Part shown: positions 55,804 through 64,000 of the stretch, piece by piece
Position numbering within the stretch: the first letter of the stretch is position 1
Layout: every line of letters begins with the position of its first letter
NCBI GenBank assembly: GCA_963727445.1
Contig: CAVSGI010000020.1
Span: 789,396 to 853,395, forward strand
Source of the DNA: an uncultured delta proteobacterium
GTDB lineage: Bacteria > Myxococcota_A > Polyangia > Polyangiales > B10-G4
Direction: 5' to 3'
DNA: 64,000 bases
Position numbers and translations under genes: made by a program
The notes under the pieces: generated by a model
Told to the model about the DNA's origin: nothing
The model's database searches: none
The model's input: only the letters and a program-made list of their open reading frames with translations

Positions 55804-57594
55804 ATGAAGATACCGAGCCGTATCCACGGGCTCGCCTGCGCTCTGCTCGTCGTGCTCGGCAGCGCATGCGGCGACGATGAGGCGGCCACCAGCACGCCTC
55901 CGGTGGTGACGGTCCCCGAGATCCCGCCGGTGGCGCCGGACCCGGAGCGGCAGCCGACGTGCACCTATCACGGGATCTGCTGGGTCAATCCCCTGCCGCA
56001 AGGCAACTCCCTGAACGGCGTCTGGGCCGCGCGGCCTGGCCTGGTCTTCGCCGTGGGGGAGCGAGGAACGATCCTCCGCGTCGATGCGGGCGAGAGCGCC
56101 ATCGAAGACAGCCCGACGCGCGAGATCCTCCACGACGTCTGGGGCACGGACGAATCGCACGTGGTCGCCGTGGGCGAGCGGGGCGCGATCCTCAGTCGCG
56201 GCGCCGATGGCTGGGTGCAGGCACCGGCCGTGACCGAGGCGGCGCTCTTCGCCGTCTGGGGCACGTCGCCTCAGGAGGCCTACGCCGTGGGCGCTGCCGG
56301 CACCGCGCTTCGATGGGATGGCTCGACCTGGACGGCGGAGACCGTGCCGACGGAGCTGTCGTTGGTCTCGGTCTTCGGGACCGCGGACGGAACCAAGGTC
56401 TACGCGCTCGCCGTCCAGAGTGACGAGGAGAGCCGGCGCGGCGTCGTCTTCGCGCGCGAAGGCGGCACTTGGAGTGAAGCGCGCTCCGTCGACGAGGACG
56501 TCGCCGACTTCTTCCTCGACGCGTCCGGGGCGCCCTACCTGGTGGGCGCCGACGGATGGCCGAGCTCGGGACGGCGCGGGGACCTCCGCATCACCCGGCC
56601 GGTGAACGCGATCTGGGCGGCGGCCGATGACGATGTCTTCGCCGTCGCCTACGACGGGCAGGTCGCGCGCCTCGAGGGGGATCGCTGGTCCGCGATGGTC
56701 ACGAACGTGACCGGCGACCTCAGCGGCGTGTCGGGCACCTCCGACACCGACGTCTGGGCGGTGGGCGCGGACGGGTTGATCATCCACTGGGACGGAACCG
56801 CCTGGCAGCGCCACGGCTCGGGCGTCACCAGTCATCTGAAGGCCATCTGGGGCTTCGGTGACCAGGACATCTGGGTCGTCGGAGAGAACGTCGGCCTGCA
56901 TTGGAACGGCGCGACCTGGACCGAGGACGGACCGAGCGATCGGGATCTGCGGGCGCTCTTCGGCGTCGGGGACACCCTGATCGCCGCGGGTGACGACGGC
57001 GCGCTCTACAGACACGTCGGCGGAGAGTGGGTCGCCGATCACCAGGATGGCGACTACGAGCTCAACGCCATCTTCGGCACCGACGCCGACCACGTCTTCG
57101 CCGTGGGCAGGAGCACCTGGCTCGAGAGTGACGGCGGACAGTGGCGCGAGCACACGGAGCGCCCCGACGCCGCGGGCGTGTGGGGAAGCCGAGCCGACGA
57201 TGTCTGGGTCGCCGGTGACGAAGGTCTGCACCACTGGGACGGCGCGAGCTGGACGCCGGTCGCGAGCACCGCGGGGACGGCGCTCTTCGACGTCTGGGGT
57301 GCGGCGCCGAACGACGTCTGGGCGGCCGGGGCCGACGGCCGGCTCCTTCACTACGACGGAAGCGAATGGACGGAGGAGGGCGCACCGACCTCGCAGTCTC
57401 TGTTCGCGATCTGGGGTCGCGGCGCTGACGACGTGTGGGCCATCGGTGACCACGGAACCATCCTGCACTTCGACGGGACCGAGTGGCGCTGGCGGGACAG
57501 CGGCACCGACAACGTGCTGCACTCGGTGTGGGGCACCAGCGTTGGTGTCTGGTTCGTCGGCCACGGCGGAACCATCCTCCGATATGGTGGCTGA
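55804..57594 (+). CDS. Beta-propeller repeat lipoprotein (DVWAVG-type repeats)
   Basis: Lipobox GSAC and many L-x-x-VWG...DVWAVG..G.ILH[WYF]DG..W repeats. Confidence 0.88.
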   Translation: MKIPSRIHGLACALLVVLGSACGDDEAATSTPPVVTVPEIPPVAPDPERQPTCTYHGICWVNPLPQGNSLNGVWAARPGLVFAVGERGTILRVDAGESAIEDSPTREILHDVWGTDESHVVAVGERGAILSRGADGWVQAPAVTEAALFAVWGTSPQEAYAVGAAGTALRWDGSTWTAETVPTELSLVSVFGTADGTKVYALAVQSDEESRRGVVFAREGGTWSEARSVDEDVADFFLDASGAPYLVGADGWPSSGRRGDLRITRPVNAIWAAADDDVFAVAYDGQVARLEGDRWSAMVTNVTGDLSGVSGTSDTDVWAVGADGLIIHWDGTAWQRHGSGVTSHLKAIWGFGDQDIWVVGENVGLHWNGATWTEDGPSDRDLRALFGVGDTLIAAGDDGALYRHVGGEWVADHQDGDYELNAIFGTDADHVFAVGRSTWLESDGGQWREHTERPDAAGVWGSRADDVWVAGDEGLHHWDGASWTPVASTAGTALFDVWGAAPNDVWAAGADGRLLHYDGSEWTEEGAPTSQSLFAIWGRGADDVWAIGDHGTILHFDGTEWRWRDSGTDNVLHSVWGTSVGVWFVGHGGTILRYGG

Positions 57595-59713
57595 GCGACG
57601 CATCCACGTCGGGCTCAACCTCTCGCCCACCGAGGACCTTCGCGTCGCGGCGCTGCCGCTCCTCGAGGCGAGCGAGGTCGACGTCCTCGAGCTCTCGGTC
57701 GACATGGCCTTCGTGCCGCTGCCGGAGTGGGCCGACGCCCTGCTCGAATTCTTCGGTTACGAAGGCCGGCTCGTCGGTCACGGCGTCGAGATGTCGCTCT
57801 TCACCGCCGGCCAGGACGAGCGGCGCGCTCGTTGGCTCGCCAACCTAGACCAGGTCCTCGCGCGTTATCGGATGAGCCATCTGAGCGAGCACTTCGGCTT
57901 CATGACGGGCGGCGACTTCACCGGCGGAACGCCCATGCCGCTGCCCTTCACCCGCGCGTCCTTCGACGTCGGAAAGCGTCACCTACAGGAGCTGAAGGCT
58001 CATCTGAAGGGCGCGCCGGTGGGGCTCGAGAACCTCGCGCTCGCCCTGTCCCCGCGCGACGTCGACGAGCAGCCCGACTTTCTCGCGGCGCTCCTCGAGG
58101 AGGTGGACGGCTTCCTCCACCTCGACCTGCACAACCTCTATTGTCAGGCAGAGAACTACGACCGCAATCCCTCCGCGCTCCTGAGGCGCTACCCGCTCGA
58201 CCGCGTCCTCAAGATCCACATGGCGGGCGGAAACTACTTCACCTCCGAGAGCGCGCCGGGTCGCCCCTTCCGGCGCGACGACCACGAGCGGGAGGTCCCG
58301 GCGGATTGCTTCGCGCTCCTCGAAGAGGCGCTCGCGCTCTGCCCGAAGCTCGAGACCATCGTCTTCGAGCACGCCGATCACGCGCTTCACACCCAGGAGC
58401 AGCTCGACGCGTTTCGCGCGAGCTACCGGCGCGTCCGGGCGATGGTGGCGGATGCGCCGCCACAGGCCGAGGCACCCGAGGTCGGTGAGCGCGGCGGGCC
58501 CGCCGCGAGCGAAGCGGACATCGCGCCCCTTCAGGCGGCCCTCCTCGAATCGCTCGACCAGACCCGCGACGAAGAGGAGGCGCGGGCGCGGCTCGCCTCG
58601 GACGCCCGCCTCGAGCCCTTCCGCGCGTGGGTCGAGAGCTTCGATCCGCGCGCGCTGTCCCTGGCGCGTGTCCTGGTCGACCGCTGGGGAGAGCGCACGC
58701 TGCTGGCGCCCGAGGGCGAGATGCGGGCGGCGGTGCTCGAAGGCCCACGACTTCTTCGGTACCGGACGCTGGCTCTGCCGGTGCCGGCGGCGGGGCAGGT
58801 TCGCATGCGGATCCTCGCGAGCGGGGTCTGCGGCACCGACGTCCACTTCTTCCGCGGGCGCTACGCGCTGCCCACGCCGCTGGTGCTCGGACACGAAGCG
58901 GTGGGCGTCGTGGAAGAGGTCGGTCCGGGGGTGAAGGCGCCGCGCGTCGGGGATCGCGTCGGCGTTCCGTGGGCGCAGCAGAGTTGCGGCCGCTGCCCCG
59001 AGTGTCTCGCGAACAAGCCCCGCTTCTGCCGTGCGCTCACGAGCTGGGTCACGAATGGGGGCTTCTTCGCGGAGCAGGCGCGGGTCCAGGCCGCCGCGTG
59101 CGTGCAGGTTCCGGACACGCTCGATCCGATCCTGGCCGCGCCGCTGTTCTGCGCGGGTCACACCGCCTTCGCTGCGCTCGAAGCCGTGGACGCGAAAGCG
59201 AAAGACCGCGTCGCCATCCTCGGCGTCGGCGGCATCGGCCATCTGGCGATCCAGCTCGCGGCCCAGCGCGGATGCGAGGTCTTCGCCCTCACTACCGATC
59301 CCACGAAGGCCGAGCAGGCGGCGCGCCTCGGCGCGCATCACGTCGTCGTCGGTAGGCACGGCGCCGAAGCTCTCGCGCGCGCGGGCGGCGTCGATGCGAT
59401 CCTGAGCACCACCAGCGATCCTGCCGCGGCCGGACCACTGGTCGCGGCCCTGCGGCCCGAAGGACGCCTCGCCGTCGCTGGGCTCGGCGACGCGCCTCTC
59501 TGCATCGACGCCGCCGCGCTCGTGCAGCGCGGCGCCTCCGTCGTGCCGGTGATCCCCGGTGGCCCTTCGCAGCTGGCAAAGGTCGTGGCCCTCGCCGCGG
59601 AGGGCCGGGTGACGCCGGTGGTCGAACGCTACGGCCTGGCCCAGCTCCGCCGGGCCCTCTATCGCCTCGCGGACTCCCGGGTCCGCTATCGGGCCGTCTG
59701 CACCCTCGATTGA
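57584..59713 (+). CDS. DUF692 multinuclear non-heme iron oxidase (MNIO) fused to a Zn-dependent alcohol dehydrogenase
   Basis: HGV, SEHFG, LENL, LDLHNLYC, IHMAGG, DDH and FEH, then GVCGTD, GHE, CGRCPEC...C, FCAG and GVGGIG in one continuous frame. Confidence 0.88.
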   Translation: MVAERRIHVGLNLSPTEDLRVAALPLLEASEVDVLELSVDMAFVPLPEWADALLEFFGYEGRLVGHGVEMSLFTAGQDERRARWLANLDQVLARYRMSHLSEHFGFMTGGDFTGGTPMPLPFTRASFDVGKRHLQELKAHLKGAPVGLENLALALSPRDVDEQPDFLAALLEEVDGFLHLDLHNLYCQAENYDRNPSALLRRYPLDRVLKIHMAGGNYFTSESAPGRPFRRDDHEREVPADCFALLEEALALCPKLETIVFEHADHALHTQEQLDAFRASYRRVRAMVADAPPQAEAPEVGERGGPAASEADIAPLQAALLESLDQTRDEEEARARLASDARLEPFRAWVESFDPRALSLARVLVDRWGERTLLAPEGEMRAAVLEGPRLLRYRTLALPVPAAGQVRMRILASGVCGTDVHFFRGRYALPTPLVLGHEAVGVVEEVGPGVKAPRVGDRVGVPWAQQSCGRCPECLANKPRFCRALTSWVTNGGFFAEQARVQAAACVQVPDTLDPILAAPLFCAGHTAFAALEAVDAKAKDRVAILGVGGIGHLAIQLAAQRGCEVFALTTDPTKAEQAARLGAHHVVVGRHGAEALARAGGVDAILSTTSDPAAAGPLVAALRPEGRLAVAGLGDAPLCIDAAALVQRGASVVPVIPGGPSQLAKVVALAAEGRVTPVVERYGLAQLRRALYRLADSRVRYRAVCTLD

Positions 59714-59775
59714 GCCCTGCGCTCGCCTGGATCTCTCAATGATCTCAGGCGTGAACGAATTTCCTCTTGCAGAAG

Positions 59776-59792
59776 AGTAAATACCATTTACT
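59776..59792. promoter_or_regulatory. Palindromic TetR operator overlapping the promoter
   Basis: AGTAAAT-acc-ATTTACT lies between TTGCAG (-35, 59767) and TACTTT (-10, 59789). Confidence 0.75.
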
Positions 59793-59800
59793 TTGTGACC

Positions 59801-60493
59801 ATGGTTGACGGCGCGACGCTCAGCCCCCGCGCGCGAAGGCGAGAAGCCAACCTCTCGCGCATCCTCGACGAGGCCATGGCGATGGTGACGTCGGAGGGCT
59901 TCGCGGCCCTCTCCATGAACAAGCTCGCCGGCGCTTGCGACTACACGCCCGGCGCTCTGTACCGATACTTCGACTCCAAGGACGCCCTCTACTCCGCGCT
60001 CGTCGACCAGGTGCTCGCCGAGATCCAACAGGCGCTCACAGCCGCCGTCTCCGCCGAGCCCGCGGAACGACCCTTCGTGCGCCTCTTCGCGCTGACGCAC
60101 GCGTACCGCCGCTTCTCGGTCGACCATCCCAACAAGTTCGGCCTGATCGCGATGTCGATGGCGGCGCCGCAGATCATCCTCGAGAGCGCACAGAGCACCG
60201 ACCCGGTGGTGTCCCGTATCATCTCGCTGCTCTCGCCCATCGCCGAAGCGCTCGCCACGGCGATGAGCAGCGGCGCCCTTCACGAGGGACCGGTGCAGGA
60301 GCGGACGATCGTCTTCTTCAGCGCGGTGCAGGGGATCCTGCTCCTCCGGAAACAGTCGCGCGTCGCGCCCGACCTCCTCGATCTCGATCGCCTCAGCACC
60401 CTCGCCACTCGCACGCTGCTCCTCGGTTGGGGAGCCGACTCGGCGGCCGTCGACGCTGCCCTCGAAGAAGCTCGTTCAGGAGGTCCCTCATGA
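59801..60493 (+). CDS. TetR/AcrR-family regulator
   Basis: ILDEAMAM...GFAALSMNKLA...TPGALYRYFDSKDAL HTH. Confidence 0.93.
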   Translation: MVDGATLSPRARRREANLSRILDEAMAMVTSEGFAALSMNKLAGACDYTPGALYRYFDSKDALYSALVDQVLAEIQQALTAAVSAEPAERPFVRLFALTHAYRRFSVDHPNKFGLIAMSMAAPQIILESAQSTDPVVSRIISLLSPIAEALATAMSSGALHEGPVQERTIVFFSAVQGILLLRKQSRVAPDLLDLDRLSTLATRTLLLGWGADSAAVDAALEEARSGGPS

Positions 60494-61047
60494 TCGCGAA
60501 GATCGTCATCGCATTCGCTCTCGGCTGTTTCACCTGGACCTTCCTCGAGTACTGCATCCATCGCTGGCTCGGGCACGGTCGCCGATTTCGGCGCAACGTC
60601 TTCGACCGGGAGCACACCCGGCATCACACCGAAGGCGACTACTTCGCGCCCTGGTACAAGAAGGCGTTCGCGGCGCTCCTGGCGATGGCGATCCTGATCG
60701 GCCCGGCCGTCCTCGTCTCCGACCTTCCGACGGGAGCGGCGTACACCTCGGGCCTGGTGGGCTTCTACCTCTACTACGAGATCCTCCACCGCCTGCTCCA
60801 CGTCTTTCGCGGGCTGCCCGGTTACGGTCGCTGGGCGCGCCGGCATCACTTCTATCACCACTTCGTCGACGCCCGCTTCAACCACGGCGTCACCTCGCCG
60901 CTCTGGGACCACGTCTTCGGCACCTACAGGAAGCCCGAGATGATCACCGTCCCGAGGAAGCTCATCATGCCCTGGCTGGGCGATGCCGAGCACGGCGTCC
61001 GCCCCGAGTTCTCGGACACCTTCACTTTGAAGCGCCGGCCCGCCTGA
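60490..61047 (+). CDS. Fatty acid hydroxylase / sterol desaturase family protein
   Basis: His boxes EYCIHRWLGH, HTRHH, HRLLH and HHFYHH; NHGVTSPLWDHVFGT. Confidence 0.92.
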   Translation: MIAKIVIAFALGCFTWTFLEYCIHRWLGHGRRFRRNVFDREHTRHHTEGDYFAPWYKKAFAALLAMAILIGPAVLVSDLPTGAAYTSGLVGFYLYYEILHRLLHVFRGLPGYGRWARRHHFYHHFVDARFNHGVTSPLWDHVFGTYRKPEMITVPRKLIMPWLGDAEHGVRPEFSDTFTLKRRPA

Positions 61048-61108
61048 GCGCGCAGCCGCCGCGAGCGGTCGGCGATCCTGTATGCTCGCAGGGGCTTCGG
61101 CCCGTTTC

Positions 61109-62134
61109 ATGCGAATCGACAACACCAAGGCCCGTCGCCGCACCCGACCAGGGGCCCGCACGCTCGGCTCCCTCGCACGCTTCCTCGCGGCGCGCGCCCG
61201 AGGCGACAAGCACCCGCTGGCGGTGACCCTGTGCCTCACCAACCGCTGCAACTTCCGATGCGTCTACTGCCACATGCCCGAGACGCGGCGGCAGGAGCTG
61301 TCCACCGAGGAGTGGCTCTCGGCGATCGATCAGTTTCGCGCGGGCGGCATGATCCGCTGCAGCCTGATGGGCGGCGAGCCGCTGATCCGTCGTGACGTCG
61401 GCGAGATCATCCAGCATCTTGTGGATCGGGGCGTCCACTCGGCGATGAACACCAACGGCTGGTTGGTCGAGGATCGCCTCGAGGACGTGGCGAAGCTGAA
61501 CCTGGTGTGCGTCGGTCTGGACGGGCCGAAGGAGATCCACGACGCCCAGCGCAAGCGCGAGGGCTCCTTCGAACGGGCGGTGCGCGCCATCGAGCTCCTC
61601 CTCGGTCGCGGGGTCGAGGTGGTCACCATGTCTCCCGTGACTCCCCGGAGCATCGACCACGTGGACGACATGGTCGCCATGGCGAAGGAGATGGGCTTTC
61701 GGGCGGGGTTTCAGATCGAGCACGACGCCGACTGCGACGTGCGCAAGCCCATCGGCCCGGGCCTCGCCGACCAGCGCCTCGTCGCCCTCGCCGACCAGCT
61801 CCTCGCCTACAAGAAGGCCGGCGCGCCGATCGCGATGTCGCGCACCTTCCTCGAGAGCTTCCGTGCGCGAGGCCGGAGGATGCTCTCCTCCTGCGCCGAG
61901 TGCCGGGTGCATCGCTACTCCTGCATGGTCCGCCCGGACGGCGAGGTGGTGCCGTGCTTTCTCACCCAGCATCAGGGGCCGATGATGTCGGGGTCGCGCC
62001 TCGGGTATCTGCGGGCCTTCCACGACATCGCCGCGCCCGCTGACGAGAGCTGCGCCTCGCAGCCGCTGATGGAGATGAACCTCCTCCTCGGGCTTCGCCC
62101 CGGCGCCGTCGCCAACGCTTTGAGCCTCACGTGA
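61109..62134 (+). CDS. Radical SAM protein with SPASM/twitch-like C-terminus (paralog A)
   Basis: CNFRCVYC, MGGEPL, TNG, LDG, C...DGEVVPC. Confidence 0.92.
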   Translation: MRIDNTKARRRTRPGARTLGSLARFLAARARGDKHPLAVTLCLTNRCNFRCVYCHMPETRRQELSTEEWLSAIDQFRAGGMIRCSLMGGEPLIRRDVGEIIQHLVDRGVHSAMNTNGWLVEDRLEDVAKLNLVCVGLDGPKEIHDAQRKREGSFERAVRAIELLLGRGVEVVTMSPVTPRSIDHVDDMVAMAKEMGFRAGFQIEHDADCDVRKPIGPGLADQRLVALADQLLAYKKAGAPIAMSRTFLESFRARGRRMLSSCAECRVHRYSCMVRPDGEVVPCFLTQHQGPMMSGSRLGYLRAFHDIAAPADESCASQPLMEMNLLLGLRPGAVANALSLT

Positions 62135-63147
62135 GAACCCACCTCAAGACCCTGTCGGAGATGACGCGCATGGCGGTGCCCTTCGGCCGCTACATCGCCT
62201 CGCGCTCGCGCCGCGGCAAGCTGCCCCTGGCGGTGACCCTCTCGCTCACGAACCGCTGCAACTTCCGTTGCGTCTACTGCAACGTGCCGGACCTCGCGCA
62301 CGGCGAGATGGACACCGACGCGTGGCGAGACGCCATCGACGAGCTCGCCGCCGCCGGCATGATCCGCGCGAGCGTGATGGGGGGCGAGCCGCTGCTCCGC
62401 AAGGACGCCGGCGAGATCATCCGGCACCTCAAGGACCGCGGCGTGCACGCGTCGATGAACAGCAACGGCTGGCTGGTGGAAGACCGCATCGGCGACGTGG
62501 CCGCCCTCGACGTGCTGTGCATCAGCATCGACGGGCCGCGCGAGGTGCACGACCAACAGCGCCGCAAGGGCTCCTTCGACCGCGCCGTTCGCGCCATCGA
62601 GCTCGCGCTCTCGCGCGGCGTTCAGGTCGTGACCATGACGGTGGTCACGCCCAAGAGCCGCGAGACCATCGACGTCGTCCTCGGCATGGCCAAAGAGATG
62701 GGCTTCCGCGCGCATTTCCATCTCGAGCACGACGCGGACTGCGACACGAACCTACCCATCTCGCCGGAGATCGACGACGACTCGGTGCGCGGCCTCGCCG
62801 AGCTGCTGATGGCGCGCAAGCGCGAGGGATGGCCGGTCGGTCCTTCGTGGACGTTCCTCAAAGCGCTTCGCGACCGCGGGCGGCGCCTGCACGGCTGTGA
62901 CGAGTGCTTCGCCTCCCGCTATTTCTGTCACGTGATGCCCGACGGGGTGGTCGTGCCCTGCCTCCTCACGCACCGGACCGCGGGCGCGCTCTCGGGCCGG
63001 GAGCTGGGCTACGTCGAAGCGCTCGAGCGCCTCCCCCAACCGACAGACGCGGGCTGCTCCTGCGAGCCGCTTCAAGAGATGAACATGATGCTGAGGCTCC
63101 GTCCCGAGGTCGTCCTGAACGCCTTCGGCCTGGCGTCGCGTTCGTGA
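62131..63147 (+). CDS. Radical SAM protein with SPASM/twitch-like C-terminus (paralog B)
   Basis: CNFRCVYC, MGGEPL, SNG, SIDG, C...DGVVVPC...CSC. Confidence 0.92.
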   Translation: MRTHLKTLSEMTRMAVPFGRYIASRSRRGKLPLAVTLSLTNRCNFRCVYCNVPDLAHGEMDTDAWRDAIDELAAAGMIRASVMGGEPLLRKDAGEIIRHLKDRGVHASMNSNGWLVEDRIGDVAALDVLCISIDGPREVHDQQRRKGSFDRAVRAIELALSRGVQVVTMTVVTPKSRETIDVVLGMAKEMGFRAHFHLEHDADCDTNLPISPEIDDDSVRGLAELLMARKREGWPVGPSWTFLKALRDRGRRLHGCDECFASRYFCHVMPDGVVVPCLLTHRTAGALSGRELGYVEALERLPQPTDAGCSCEPLQEMNMMLRLRPEVVLNAFGLASRS

Positions 63148-63148
63148 G

Positions 63149-63979
63149 TCAGATGTTCAAGCCGCGAAGTCGCTTGTAGGCGTCGGAGGCGATCGTGAGC
63201 GGCAGCATGGTCAGGGGCGGCCACCAGTGGTTGACGGTGACCGAGGGCGTCAGCGACCGCGCGTAATGCCACATGCGGCTCGGCACCAGGAGCAGGTCGC
63301 CGGGGGCGAGGTCCGCGTGATAGCCGCGCGCGAGGGGCAAGCGCGGAAAGCGCCGAAAGTCGGGGTCGCCCACGTCGACGCGCGCCAGATGGGGGACCGC
63401 CGACCAGGGCGGGAAGGGGTAGAGGTTCCGGTACTCGGACGCCGGGTAGAGGATGAAGCGCTTTTCACCCGTGAGCTGCGCGATCAGATTGTGGGGGAGG
63501 TCGAAGTGGAGGCGACTGATGGTCTCGCGGCCGCTGAACCAGAGGTTCTTCCGGAGACGGAGCGCGCCCCGCACGTAGCGCGGCTCGCCGATCTCGGACG
63601 CGAGCGCTGGGGGCAGGGCGGCCAGCGGCGTGCGGAAGTAGTGCTCGGGCGTCCGGCCTTCGAGGACCTCCTGCGCGTAGGCGGCGAGGGTCGTCGAGAC
63701 CAGCTGGAACCCGGTCCTGTCGTCGATGCGGATCTGTCCCCTGGGCTGCACGTAGACGCGCGCCTCGAGGGGCCCGGCCTGCTCGAGGAGGTAGCGCGGC
63801 GTCCACTTGCCGACGGCCTCGAAGCGATCGAGCTCGCCGCAGACGACCAGCGGCAGACCCGCCCGTGCGAAGCGATGGAGCGCGCTAGGGGTCGGACGGT
63901 GGAGCCTTCGAACGGGCCTGAGCGGCAGCTCGGGCAGCGGCGGCTTCGCCTCACCGGCTTCCTCGCCCGCGTTGTCCAC
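63149..63979 (-). CDS. JmjC/cupin_8 Fe(II)/2OG oxygenase
   Basis: NLWF...SRLHFD, NLIAQLTGEK, LAPGDLLLVPSRMWH. Start uncertain near the window edge. Confidence 0.92.
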   Translation of the reverse strand: MDNAGEEAGEAKPPLPELPLRPVRRLHRPTPSALHRFARAGLPLVVCGELDRFEAVGKWTPRYLLEQAGPLEARVYVQPRGQIRIDDRTGFQLVSTTLAAYAQEVLEGRTPEHYFRTPLAALPPALASEIGEPRYVRGALRLRKNLWFSGRETISRLHFDLPHNLIAQLTGEKRFILYPASEYRNLYPFPPWSAVPHLARVDVGDPDFRRFPRLPLARGYHADLAPGDLLLVPSRMWHYARSLTPSVTVNHWWPPLTMLPLTIASDAYKRLRGLNI

Positions 63980-64000
63980 GCGCTCCGGCGCTCGGATCGG

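Overview
High-GC, gene-dense bacterial DNA, most likely Myxococcota (Polyangia/Sandaracinaceae-like), judging by a MYXO-CTERM protein and many Cys-rich lipoproteins. Housekeeping genes include MocR-pdxS-pdxT-speA, thyA-folA, otsA-otsB, speB, an RND pump, a MepA-like peptidase and a YbgC-like thioesterase. They are mixed with an unusual load of tailoring enzymes. Seven genes carry eight intact radical SAM (rSAM) domains, five of them from one HxsC-like subfamily. There are also two JmjC oxygenases, a DUF692/MNIO-Zn alcohol dehydrogenase fusion, a carbamoyltransferase/ferritin-like/SGNH cassette, a GT-C/GT2/NDP-sugar operon and two ABBA-prenyltransferase-like proteins. My best candidate for an undescribed system is an unannotated ~70-90 aa module that appears, by eye, in five different proteins: an rSAM, both GT-C proteins, an ABBA-like protein and a Tat-exported protein. 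A short R-x-LP[VL] motif is also shared by the HxsC-like rSAMs. Nine single-base frameshifts break eight genes. Six sit at GATC sites, which points to long-read or methylation-linked consensus errors rather than pseudogenes. I saw no rRNA, tRNA, CRISPR array or mobile element. All family calls come from motifs read by eye; no database search was run.
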